Assembly: GCA_031291875.1 (NCBI GenBank) | Contig: JARLIE010000218.1 | Span: 4,979-68,978 of the forward strand | Direction of reading: 5' to 3' | Length of the DNA stretch: 64,000 nt | DNA from: Minisyncoccota bacterium | GTDB lineage: Bacteria > Patescibacteriota > Minisyncoccia > Phycocordibacterales > UBA2100 | Part shown: positions 41,301-49,626 of the stretch, one piece after another | Numbering within the stretch: the first letter of the stretch is position 1 | Layout: each line of letters opens with the position of its first letter | Translations under genes and position numbers: made by a program | The notes under the pieces: generated by a model | Seen by the model: the letters and a program-made list of their open reading frames with translations, nothing else | Told to the model about the DNA's origin: nothing | Databases searched by the model: none

Positions 41301-43638
41301 TGCCACCTTGGCGGAAGATCAGAGAATCGACTGTTGGAACCTTGTTGCCATTTCCGGCCTGCTCGGGATCGAAGCGGTAGTAGTCCTCCCAAGTCGTGCC
41401 AGTGTGAACGAGATTGCCGTCAATGTAGATCTTTACGATGTCATTTCCTGCGCCGTCCACGAAGTCGATCGAAAACTTAATAGTGTGAGGCTGCGTGCGT
41501 GTCAGAGTCGCGATGTCGGTTTCGACAAATTCATTCGGTGTGCCGATAGAAGCCTGACCGCCCGGAACGTCATCGAAGAAGACGTGGATGCCATCCGTCT
41601 GGTCTTCGAAACGAAGATAACTCATGCGCGAACCAGAACCATTGTCAGGCGAAACCGAAAGCGCGAGTCCGCTTTGGACACTCGGCATCACCGACGCCAA
41701 ATCGAATTGGGCCTCGAAGTGATTCTGACGAGTGCCGCTCGAAGAGCCATTGCTGACCGCCGTGCTTTCTCCCGCCTGATTTGTAAGAGCCGGAGAGAAG
41801 GTCTGGTCGCCAAAGCCGCCGGAAGTTACCGCATTTGAGACGCGAAGTACTTTGCAGCCAAGCGTGGTGAATCCGTACGTGTTGTCAACGATCGCCTGGT
41901 CGTACGGACCGGTAGCACTCCAACCTTGCTGACCATTCACTGAGCCGTCGGTAAAGGTGTTGAAGGAACCCGCTCCGGAGCAGCTCGGGATTTGATACGG
42001 TTCGAATTCATACTTCGTCGCCGTTGATCCCGTGCCGATCGTGAAATCACTGATATCCGCCGTGTAACCGTTTGGGCCTGGTTCGCCAACACGAATACCC
42101 AGCCAGCCGTCGGCAGGAAGAACACGTGCATTCGGGTAATCAGCAAGAATTGAGGACCACGCGCGAGCTGTAGTTCCTGAGACGCCTGTCTTGCCGGCGT
42201 CAGGACCGACATCCGTGACCGGCCAAGTGCCGCCCGAGTATTCCCACTTCGCATTGCCGTTGTTGAGGGCGTCCCAAGTTTGCCACGTGTTCTGCGTAAC
42301 CGTGCCGTTGTCGTTCGGCTCGTACACCAAGCGTCTCTGCCACGTATTCGAACCATCAAAATCGACATTGAAGTTGAGGAACGGTACCTCCGTCGCGCTG
42401 ATACCGGCACCACTGTGCGAGTATTCACTGAAGGAAAGTGCGGTAATCGTATTGAGTGGTGTGCCAGCGAATTGGTACGTAGCAATATTCTTACGGTCGT
42501 TCGAAGAACCGAGCGAGAACTCAATACTGCCGCTGCCGTTCGGAGAGGTTGCAGGTCCGGAAACAAACGAACCGAGCGTGTTGTCGACCGTGTCATTCGT
42601 ATCGTTGTACATAAACCACTTATTTGCACCGTCCGCTGCGACAGTCGCAGGATTCGAAGAAGAATTGTCGAGATCACTAAAGTGAATGATGGCGACTGAG
42701 GTGTTGGTGACTGCTTGGAAGGTGACGCCGAAAGCTTGAGCTATCGGGCTAGCGGCATTGTAGTTCTGGTCGCCTGGATTACTCGCGTTCACCGTGCATG
42801 TGCCGACCGTGAAGAGGTGGATGGTGCTACCCGTGACTGAGCACGCCCCCGAAGCAGTAAAGATGTTCGAAGTCGTGGCGCTCTTGGTTACATAGGAATC
42901 GACACTAAAGTCAGGTATGCCGAGGGTTCGGTCAGGAAGCGTACCGAACGAGAACGTCTGATTCACCTTATTGATGGAGGCTGTTGCGGTCGCCTGAGGG
43001 GTGCCGAGAGTGTAGTTGGAAGCAGCGGATCCGCCGAGCGTAAGGCCGCTAACGTCGACAGTCTTGCCGGTGCCAGCATTAGAATCCGTAAAATTGCCGA
43101 CCGCACTGCCCGTGGAGAGGGTTACGTGATCGAAAAGAAGTACGCCATGCAGTTGTGCATGAGTTACGTCGATCGTCGCTACTGCGGTACCGTCATACGG
43201 TTTATCGCTCGCGGTGATACCTGTCACGCTCAGTGTTTTTTGCGTGACAGTGAGGTTGGCAGAACCGGTGTCGCCCACATATGCAGGGCTGCCAAAGCTA
43301 CCGAAAAATGCGCCTCCAATATAGTTGACGTGCACACCAACCTTAGTGAGTGACGTCAGCTGAACATTCTGAAGCGTGGCGACACCGTGTGAGTCAGTAT
43401 TCGCAGCTCCGAGAGGAAACCCGTTGAACGTGAAGAATACAGTCTTGTTCGCGACTGGTACTCCGCCCGGATTGGTCGTAAGGGTCGCCTGGAGTGTGAC
43501 CGAACCGCCGTAGGTCGCCGTTTCGGGAGCAACCGTGAGGGTCGTGTTAGTTGCTGCTAATGCAAACGCAGGTACGAACATGCTGAAAGCCGCAACAATT
43601 CCCGCTGCGAGGCCCGCAAGCACATGAGGAGTCTTCAT
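38302..43638 (-). CDS. 1778-aa secreted multidomain surface protein with C-terminal dockerin
   Basis: Signal peptide; YDG-like domain (DKPYDG..NAGTGKTV..NYTL); four Fn3-like repeats; Ig-like modules (AVND..IDVLAND..YTP..Y.GTDTFTY); DLNHDGKVDIFDL and DFNNDGTVNLLDL Ca-binding pair. Confidence 0.88.
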   Translation of the reverse strand: MKTPHVLAGLAAGIVAAFSMFVPAFALAATNTTLTVAPETATYGGSVTLQATLTTNPGGVPVANKTVFFTFNGFPLGAANTDSHGVATLQNVQLTSLTKVGVHVNYIGGAFFGSFGSPAYVGDTGSANLTVTQKTLSVTGITASDKPYDGTAVATIDVTHAQLHGVLLFDHVTLSTGSAVGNFTDSNAGTGKTVDVSGLTLGGSAASNYTLGTPQATATASINKVNQTFSFGTLPDRTLGIPDFSVDSYVTKSATTSNIFTASGACSVTGSTIHLFTVGTCTVNASNPGDQNYNAASPIAQAFGVTFQAVTNTSVAIIHFSDLDNSSSNPATVAADGANKWFMYNDTNDTVDNTLGSFVSGPATSPNGSGSIEFSLGSSNDRKNIATYQFAGTPLNTITALSFSEYSHSGAGISATEVPFLNFNVDFDGSNTWQRRLVYEPNDNGTVTQNTWQTWDALNNGNAKWEYSGGTWPVTDVGPDAGKTGVSGTTARAWSSILADYPNARVLPADGWLGIRVGEPGPNGYTADISDFTIGTGSTATKYEFEPYQIPSCSGAGSFNTFTDGSVNGQQGWSATGPYDQAIVDNTYGFTTLGCKVLRVSNAVTSGGFGDQTFSPALTNQAGESTAVSNGSSSGTRQNHFEAQFDLASVMPSVQSGLALSVSPDNGSGSRMSYLRFEDQTDGIHVFFDDVPGGQASIGTPNEFVETDIATLTRTQPHTIKFSIDFVDGAGNDIVKIYIDGNLVHTGTTWEDYYRFDPEQAGNGNKVPTVDSLIFRQGGSVSAAPSTAGKGFIISNVDLTSSTINGNIDVTAYTCPATTVVTRAQSGIGGTVPVGCTPEQGVHIGYVHGTQIDANSPYPELGQPFTLGGATDANGVLTLSVPASGRYLIAETDASGNQLPANAPLGLYCKGDGDTSGTNDNQELTFVPQNGDTQCVVFDPNNAKVITDPANPVNTVDATLNGTDGATAADNTSFWWGTTPITMSLVAGTDPGSTEFPASGWQHDSGLSNASANANFSESIKPLSPNTQYYFVAWVQIGGTWYPGSVETFTTSNGSVPTVTTDAATSVGSSSAIANGTVGSMNADNTSFWWGTTPISGTLSAGTDPGSSEFPASGWTHDSGLGATSAGGQFSKALSGLVSNTKYYFVAWIQSNGIWYPGSVDTFMTTSDATVTTDLASNVTPYDAQLNGTVGQSDASQVSFWISTTSPIDTSNPTNIPSGVVSTPVTNTVSANTPFSDQLSIATTHGIPSNLPTIQPNTTYYYVAWANVGGTWYPGAEQSFTTGNGPAVGIPGVTTNAATNLSSVDATLNATNGGVTADAESFWVSTSSIDFSNPNNIPTGVYSTPVLSAVGTSSPFSDQLSLVTTNGITTGGVNANMATITPSTTYYYVAWSHVNGQWYNGGQQTAVTSSAPPTVPTAVNDSATITMNQSATIDVLANDTGATSIDATKVSAPSNGSATVVGNEIKYTPNANYAGTDTFTYEAHNAVGDSAPATVTVTIKDTTTPVLTIVGNNPTYIGFSASYLDQGVTVTDTPTNGISYSLSFDGEATTSETAFNTANLLSTTTPGTHTILYAATDGGNNTGYATRTVIVEGPETVNLTSTSATTTTISDNPIHITATFSQPIRGFDTSDLTVGNGIVGNIQISAASTTVTFDVTPAANGAVTVTIPSGSVKDMAGETIASDAKITFTYAAQSNSNSNSNSNSNSNSNSGGSGGGNGPIGQSYSPYDLNHDGKVDIFDLNILFANWGKSGSNIPGDFNNDGTVNLLDLNNFLTHWII
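38509..38559 (-). repeat. (Ser-Asn)8 linker before the dockerin
   Basis: SNSNSNSNSNSNSNSNS encoded with varied codons, followed by GGSGGG. Confidence 0.9.
39415..40812 (-). repeat. Four tandem ~110-aa Fn3-like repeats (bounds approximate)
   Basis: V.T..A......A..N.T....SFW...T.YY.VAW....G.WY.G recurs four times. Confidence 0.85.
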
Positions 43639-44032
43639 GATGCTAATTATGTATGAACCGACATTATTAAAATTTATCTATACCGACGCCCATAGACCCC
43701 GATAAAGATGAAAAATAAAAGTAACCCTCATCGGTGAAGATGAGAAGTAAAAGTTACGCTATAGAAGATGAGAGTCAAGTGAAATTGTGCGAGGTTTTTA
43801 GCCCCTAAAGGACAAATCGCGCTGTCCTTGAGGAAATGCAGATTTCAAGCTGTAAATCAGAGAGCAACTTTTATATCGCGAAGCACTCCATTTTTCGTTT
43901 CAACGCAAAATTTTCCGCTTTGCAACGGTTGCATGCAAAGAAAATAAAATTAAGGTCGATGCGGTATATATACCCTGAGTCTGCTCCCGCTACTTGACAA
44001 ACAAGTTTAAGTAATGTATTTTACTGCTCTCT

Positions 44033-44425
44033 ATGAAAACGTTTGCCCAAGCAGTGCAAAACAGACTTCCCCGCTTTGTTCGCGTGGCGATTGATCGCAT
44101 AAGCAGGGATGTTCGTACCCAACCGAGCAAACTACTCATTGCCAGCGTATCCGCGGTGGCAGCCCTCCTTGTATTCAATATAGAGGTCGCCCTCATCTGG
44201 TGGCTCTTCCTTTTGTTCCTCATGTATAAGTGGAATACCCGCATTATCGAGACTCTCGCAGGACTTGCACTCCTGGACGTGGTAGTTCTCTTCGGTATTG
44301 GTCGCCTCACCTGGGCGGTAAACTCACTGGTCTTCGCGTACTTCCTAATCGTCATGGCAGGTACGCTCCGTTTCGTCCCCTATTTGCGAGATTCACATTT
44401 TGGGAAACCAAAACAGTTTTCCTAA
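44033..44425 (+). CDS. Hypothetical membrane protein
   Basis: 130 aa, 3-4 hydrophobic segments; TTGACA-N17-TATTTT upstream. Confidence 0.65.
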   Translation: MKTFAQAVQNRLPRFVRVAIDRISRDVRTQPSKLLIASVSAVAALLVFNIEVALIWWLFLLFLMYKWNTRIIETLAGLALLDVVVLFGIGRLTWAVNSLVFAYFLIVMAGTLRFVPYLRDSHFGKPKQFS

Positions 44426-44428
44426 AAG

Positions 44429-44457
44429 AAAAAGGCGGCGCTTTGCGCCGCCTTTTT
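44429..44457. terminator. Bidirectional intrinsic terminator
   Basis: AAAAAGGCGGCG-ctttg-CGCCGCCTTTTT. Confidence 0.85.
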
Positions 44458-46266
44458 TCATCCGAACGTAAACGTATACGCCTGCAACCCGGGACTTTCA
44501 ACCGTGATTTGCAACATGTGGGTACTGTAATCCTCCCCTTGAACTATCTGGTAGAGCTTGTCCGCTTGCACGGTCATCTCCGAATTCTGATCGACATCCG
44601 GCCCACGCATTGATGCCGGGATCGGCGCACCATCGAGGGTAATTTTAAGCTTGACGGGCTCTCCCGTACCGGACGCGCCAACTAAGTACATGTTTTTGGC
44701 ATGGAATTCGTATTCAATCTGCGCGCCGGAGGCGCTGTTCTGAGCGTACTGCGGCTCGAAGTCCCACGCGCCGCCGAGATAGAGTGTGTCAGCTGAAATT
44801 CCAGATTGACTCGGGATTGTTAGTGTTTGTACGCCGGCCGCACCCTGCGCGCCATTACCAAGATATTCGTTGCGGTTTGAGCCGAAATACGTTTCCGGGC
44901 TACCCACCTGGCTGAAATCGATTGGAATGACATTGCTCGGTGTGCTTGAAGTGGAGGTAAAATCTGGCGCCGGCAAACCAAGACGCTTTGCTCGAATCGT
45001 CAACGCCTTCTGGATTTGTGCTTCGGTGCCGTCGTAATCCCCTTCCCCAGCATAGTTGTAAACAACATAGCCGTTATCGTCGATCAGGTAATCATTCGGC
45101 CAGTATTCGCTGCCGAAGGCATTCCAAGTGCCGTAATTATTATCGAGTACGACAGGATACGTAATTCCCAGCGATTGTGTCGCGTTGGCGACATTGGAAT
45201 ACACGTGCTCGAACGAGAATTCGGGCGTTGAAACTCCAATCACTACAAGACCGTACGCTGCGTATTTTTTATACCAGGCTTCGACGTATGGAATTGAGCG
45301 TTGGCAGTTGATGCACGAGTAGGTCCAGAAATCGACGAGCACAACATCGTGCTGTGCAACATACGAGGAGATCGTGACGGGTTGGTTGTTGGGTGTATTT
45401 ATGTAGCCATCGATCTTCGCGAGTTCGGGCGCTTTGGGGTATATCATCGCTTCCTCGCTCGCCGAAAGGACCATCGGCGAAGTCGACGTTGCGTTGCCGG
45501 TATGCAATGACGAAATCGCCTGGTGCGCTTGCGCGCCGGATGGACCGTTTCGCGCACCGAGCAAATATTCCTCGATGCCGGATAGGTCGAAGCCATGATT
45601 CAAAAGCCAAGCCTCCGTGCTTGCCTCCACGCCGGTCGCGACGGCGAGTCCTACCAAGACAAACAACACACCGATAGTCCGACGGAACCATCCCTGCGGG
45701 TTAATCGTAACGCCGAGCTTGTCGACAAGCCTTTGCCCGGCAATCGAGATAACCAGCAGAAATCCGGAAAGTCCGACGGCATACGCGAGCAGATCAAGGA
45801 AACCCATTGCGAAGCTTTGTGGCAAAACGGTCGCGAGAATAACAAAGTACGTAGGCGAACAACTCGAGAAGACCGGCCCGAGTGCCGCACCCATAAGCAT
45901 GTCGCCGATGCGCGAATTACGTCGATAGCCCTCGCCGAGCAATTTATTGGAGCTGCGGTTCATCACGTTGACGAATCCGAGTCGGTCCCATAGTTGCGGG
46001 AAAACCAATACGATTCCAAAGAGGATCAGAATGCCGCCGGAGAACCATTCCCAGAATGTTTGCGGAACATTGATGAATGCCGTCGAGGCCTTGAGAAGCA
46101 AGGTGAACGCAATCACCGAAACGCCCAGTGAGAGACAGATCGTATAGGTTCGCCAGGTATTCCCCTGAGCTATCGAACCGCCGACAATGACCGGTAACAG
46201 CGGTAACACGCACGGCGCGAGAACCGTGAGAATTCCCGCGACGAAGGAGATTAAGAAGAGAATCAT
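44458..46266 (-). CDS. dipZ: DipZ-like CcdA-thioredoxin fusion
   Basis: LAPCVLPLLP, GPVFSSCSP, DFWTYSCINCQR, PEF.FE, SPETYFG, C-terminal YTFTFG. Confidence 0.9.
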   Translation of the reverse strand: MILFLISFVAGILTVLAPCVLPLLPVIVGGSIAQGNTWRTYTICLSLGVSVIAFTLLLKASTAFINVPQTFWEWFSGGILILFGIVLVFPQLWDRLGFVNVMNRSSNKLLGEGYRRNSRIGDMLMGAALGPVFSSCSPTYFVILATVLPQSFAMGFLDLLAYAVGLSGFLLVISIAGQRLVDKLGVTINPQGWFRRTIGVLFVLVGLAVATGVEASTEAWLLNHGFDLSGIEEYLLGARNGPSGAQAHQAISSLHTGNATSTSPMVLSASEEAMIYPKAPELAKIDGYINTPNNQPVTISSYVAQHDVVLVDFWTYSCINCQRSIPYVEAWYKKYAAYGLVVIGVSTPEFSFEHVYSNVANATQSLGITYPVVLDNNYGTWNAFGSEYWPNDYLIDDNGYVVYNYAGEGDYDGTEAQIQKALTIRAKRLGLPAPDFTSTSSTPSNVIPIDFSQVGSPETYFGSNRNEYLGNGAQGAAGVQTLTIPSQSGISADTLYLGGAWDFEPQYAQNSASGAQIEYEFHAKNMYLVGASGTGEPVKLKITLDGAPIPASMRGPDVDQNSEMTVQADKLYQIVQGEDYSTHMLQITVESPGLQAYTFTFG

Positions 46267-46267
46267 G

Positions 46268-46534
46268 TTAGTGCGCACCCATCGATCCGTGCATGTCGCT
46301 TCCGGTCGAACTACCCATCATGTCGTGCGAAGAAGAGGCCATCATGTCGTCGGTCGAAGACCCTTCCATCATATCGTGGCTGGATGAACTCGCCATCGCG
46401 TCAGTGGATGAAGCGTCGTTGGTCATCATTTGTTCGTGCATCATCCCGGCTGTTTGACCTTGTTGCTCCCCCACCCAATACGAACCTCCACCGACAATGA
46501 CGAGCGCGACTAAAAATCCAATGATCATGGGCAT
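46268..46534 (-). CDS. Small membrane-anchored Met/His/Ser/Asp-rich protein
   Basis: TM then repeated SSHDMM / SSTD(D)MM units; 1 nt upstream of dipZ start. Confidence 0.75.
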   Translation of the reverse strand: MPMIIGFLVALVIVGGGSYWVGEQQGQTAGMMHEQMMTNDASSTDAMASSSSHDMMEGSSTDDMMASSSHDMMGSSTGSDMHGSMGAH

Positions 46535-46566
46535 ATACTTTTTTGTATGAAACTTCTAATGAAGTA

Positions 46567-46612
46567 AGTATAGAAAGCACTTTATGAATGTCAAGTAGAC
46601 TTGACATTCATA
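46567..46612 (-). promoter_or_regulatory. Promoter overlapped by perfect 13-bp inverted repeat
   Basis: TATGAATGTCAAG-taga-CTTGACATTCATA (46583-46612); minus strand TTGACA-N16-TATACT. Confidence 0.7.
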
Positions 46613-46623
46613 GTGCACAACTT

Positions 46624-46989
46624 TTATCGGTAGTATGAGCCGAAAAGCCGAGCACTCGCCTTTGCGAGCACCATCCCAATGAGCGCCGCGACGAGCCACG
46701 GATCCAGAGAATGCGCGAGACTTTGCGAAACTATGGCGATGAGCAAGATGCCGCCGCCAACGAGAAAGGCCGTTCTACCCGCCATCATTTTGTGTGTTTC
46801 GTCGCGTTCATCGCCCGAGCGTTCGGCAACGACGAACACTGCATACGCGCCGCAGGCGACGATAGCAATGGCGAGCACCAGCATATGTGCGGAATCGGGC
46901 ATGGACATGCCAGTTGGATTAACGAGCAGAAATGCGACAACAATAAGAACTGCCGCAATGACGAGTTGTGCGATGGAATTATTTTTCAT
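46624..46989 (-). CDS. 4-TM membrane protein (DUF2178-like)
   Basis: DERD motif between TM pairs; overlaps XRE gene. Confidence 0.75.
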   Translation of the reverse strand: MKNNSIAQLVIAAVLIVVAFLLVNPTGMSMPDSAHMLVLAIAIVACGAYAVFVVAERSGDERDETHKMMAGRTAFLVGGGILLIAIVSQSLAHSLDPWLVAALIGMVLAKASARLFGSYYR

Positions 46990-47191
46990 GGGCGATTTGG
47001 AAAATATCTCCTACCGGCTTCTTAAAGAAACGAGATAATTTGAGTGCAAGAAGGACCGAAGGCGTATAGCTTGCGCCCTCGATCGCAACGACGGTCTGCC
47101 GGCTGACGCCAATCTTTCCGGCAAGCTCCTCTTGCGTGAGTCCCAGGCCGATGCGGAGCGATTGCACTTTGTTGACGACATATTCCTGCAT
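46979..47191 (-). CDS. XRE/Cro-family HTH regulator
   Basis: LTQEELAGKIGVSRQTVVAIE..SYTPS..LALKLS..F...V.DIF. Confidence 0.92.
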   Translation of the reverse strand: MQEYVVNKVQSLRIGLGLTQEELAGKIGVSRQTVVAIEGASYTPSVLLALKLSRFFKKPVGDIFQIAHEK

Positions 47192-47300
47192 GGATATCGA
47201 GATGGTGCCACAGCGATGCACTAAGTCAAACGAGTGGTCGTTCATTGTACTCAGGTACGGAAAGTGCTAGAACTGTGCGGGAATAGCACGGGAGAATTCG

Positions 47301-47525
47301 ATGCCCCTTCACTCGACGAAATACCTTTGCTCGTCAGCACTCACCGGGATCGGCCTTGAAAACTTGCGAAAACGCGGCTGGATTTTCAAAATCGTTCCCG
47401 CAAGAAAGCCGCCGATCAAACGACTCCGACAGATCAATAAACGGGAACGATCGCATCGAGATCGTGGCACTGCGCAGGCAACGAGGGTCGTTGCGCGCAA
47501 CCGCTCGGGCGAGATTCCCGATTAA
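47301..47525 (+). CDS. Hypothetical small basic protein
   Basis: GGAG Shine-Dalgarno 6 nt before ATG; fills an otherwise empty gap. Confidence 0.4.
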   Translation: MPLHSTKYLCSSALTGIGLENLRKRGWIFKIVPARKPPIKRLRQINKRERSHRDRGTAQATRVVARNRSGEIPD

Positions 47526-47613
47526 CACGACCATTCCGATCCACTACCCTAACGACTGACGGTTTGTAGCGTACGTTCAACTTCTACCAAGGCCGCCTTC
47601 AAGCGGCCTTGTT

Positions 47614-48318
47614 TTATTTGAAGAATTCGCGGCGGATGCGCATGACTTCGCGGTGGAAATTGTCGCTTTCTCGTCGCGGATATGGAAGATCGACGGGAAA
47701 AATCGATCCGACTTCGCCGTCTTTCATCAGAATCACGCGATCCGCGAGGGAAACAGCCTCTTCGATAACATGCGAAACCATCACGATGGTCTTTTTCGTT
47801 TCGTGCCAAATCGCGATGATGTCGTCATGGAGCTCCGCCGTTGTTTTTGGATCAAGCGCCGAGAACGGCTCGTCCAGCAAGAGGACTTCAGGGTCGACAG
47901 CGAGTGCTCGTGCAATACCGACGCGCTGGCGCTGGCCACCGGAGAGATCAGCCGGATATTTTTGCTCGAACGCGTGCATGTTCATCGCGCGAAGATTCTT
48001 CTCGACGGTGCGCTGTAGCTCGCTCTCGCCGACGCCTTTTTGGCGCAAACCAAGCGCAACGTTTTCAAAAACAGTCAGCCACGGGAAAAGCGCTCCGAGC
48101 TGGAACGCCATTGCGACGTGTTGCGGTTTTCGCAACGTACCGCTCGTTTCCTTTTCCAAACCGGCGATCAGCTTGAGCACGGTCGTCTTGCCACATCCCG
48201 AAGCGCCGATCAAACAGACGAACTCTCCTTGCGCAATTGAAAAAGAAATATCTTTCAGCGCGGGCTTCGTTTCGCCCGGATAAAGCTTCGCAATATGGTC
48301 AAATTCGATAAGCGGCAT
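47614..48318 (-). CDS. NitT/TauT-family ABC ATPase
   Basis: GASGCGKT, LFPWLTV.ENV, LSGGQRQR, LLDEPFSALD. Confidence 0.93.
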   Translation of the reverse strand: MPLIEFDHIAKLYPGETKPALKDISFSIAQGEFVCLIGASGCGKTTVLKLIAGLEKETSGTLRKPQHVAMAFQLGALFPWLTVFENVALGLRQKGVGESELQRTVEKNLRAMNMHAFEQKYPADLSGGQRQRVGIARALAVDPEVLLLDEPFSALDPKTTAELHDDIIAIWHETKKTIVMVSHVIEEAVSLADRVILMKDGEVGSIFPVDLPYPRRESDNFHREVMRIRREFFK

Positions 48319-48322
48319 ACGG

Positions 48323-49141
48323 TTATTCAAAGCGGAATCGCTGCGCTAGGTGCAGCAGCTTTTGCCAGACAAAAAAATTAAAGAACGCGATAATCACGAC
48401 CATTACGAATACGGCGCTCAGGAACGTGGTGTTTTGCGCGTTCGCTGCGGCAGAGACCAGAATCGATCCTACGCCGAAGAGATCCTGTGCGCTCGTGCCG
48501 CCTGGGATGTAGGTATGCAAGACTTCCGCGACGATCGTAATGTTCCATCCCTGCGCAACCGCGAGAATCGATCCAGTAACGAACTGGGGTACGAGCGCGG
48601 GCAGGACCAGCCGCTGCAGGTACGACCACCCTCGCAAGCCGAAGATATGCGCTGCGTCGACAATATCGCGCGGAATAAGTTTTAAGCCCCCCACCAGGGT
48701 GAAGACCATATTCCATAACATCGAAAGGAAGAGGATAAATATCGCCGCTCCATTGAGATTCCCGAAGCGAACGAACAGCATGATGATGACCGGGAAAATC
48801 GCGAGAATAGGAATTGACTGCATGATGTCGAAAACCGGAAGAAGAATCTTTTCCATGATCGAGTTGTGCGTCACGAGTATTGCAAGCGGCACCGCGACAA
48901 CGACGGCACAGAAATACGCAACGACGAGCCGAAAGAGCGTGTAGAGCGCCGCCACGAATACTTCACTCAAGGGCATGCCGGAGCCTGTCGGCTCGAGAAT
49001 CGGGTAGAAGTAGAAAAGGAGCGCAAGGAGCGCGACGACGGCGAGCGGCCCTACTACGATGGAGTAGATGCGTTCGCGAAACGAAACGGGATACGTAAGC
49101 GCCATAAAATGGTGCGCGTGCCCGTGATGCTGATACTTCAT
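48323..49141 (-). CDS. NitT/TauT-family ABC permease
   Basis: FDIMQSIPILAIFP, DAA.IFG loop, WN..IVAE. Confidence 0.9.
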   Translation of the reverse strand: MKYQHHGHAHHFMALTYPVSFRERIYSIVVGPLAVVALLALLFYFYPILEPTGSGMPLSEVFVAALYTLFRLVVAYFCAVVVAVPLAILVTHNSIMEKILLPVFDIMQSIPILAIFPVIIMLFVRFGNLNGAAIFILFLSMLWNMVFTLVGGLKLIPRDIVDAAHIFGLRGWSYLQRLVLPALVPQFVTGSILAVAQGWNITIVAEVLHTYIPGGTSAQDLFGVGSILVSAAANAQNTTFLSAVFVMVVIIAFFNFFVWQKLLHLAQRFRFE

Positions 49142-49233
49142 GGTACTCCATTGTAACGCACGAAGGCGCACAGTTGCGGATTTCTTATTTTATCTGCATA
49201 ATCCACACGGCTACCCTGGCACAGGAGAATCCG

Positions 49234-49566
49234 ATGACTTTGAATTTGCAAGCTTGCGAGCGAGAGAATCTTGGCTACAAGGCTCCGGGACTCAACGACT
49301 TCCAGATGAGGATCTCGGCTCACTTCAAACCGGACGAAGCAGCTGATCCGAGAGAGCGGCACAAGGTCAATGAAGCCCTCGGGAGCTGGATTCTTTCCCT
49401 GGCCCGTTCGAAAGGCGGCGGTTTCGACGAAGCCCTGCACGACGCCCTTGTCGAGCAAGGCACGCTCGTTTTGGCCGACAACTACGAGCGCAAGACGAGC
49501 CCGATGAACGTCTGCATCGAACTGCAGCAGACATTCGAGTCGACCATGGCTCTGTACACCATCTGA
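49234..49566 (+). CDS. Hypothetical protein
   Basis: AGGAG before ATG; followed by GAGGCCGT/ACGGCCTC hairpin and T-rich tail. Confidence 0.6.
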   Translation: MTLNLQACERENLGYKAPGLNDFQMRISAHFKPDEAADPRERHKVNEALGSWILSLARSKGGGFDEALHDALVEQGTLVLADNYERKTSPMNVCIELQQTFESTMALYTI

Positions 49567-49626
49567 ATATCCTCGATCGAGGCCGTCACACGACGGCCTC
49601 TTTCTTTTTCACGGTATACTTTTCGC

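Noticed and set aside
32158-43638. True cellulosome linking GH15/GH57 to the cohesin
   Set aside because: The glycosidases lack signal peptides and dockerins, no catalytic GH domain is recognisable in the dockerin protein, and a HAD gene and terminator separate the loci
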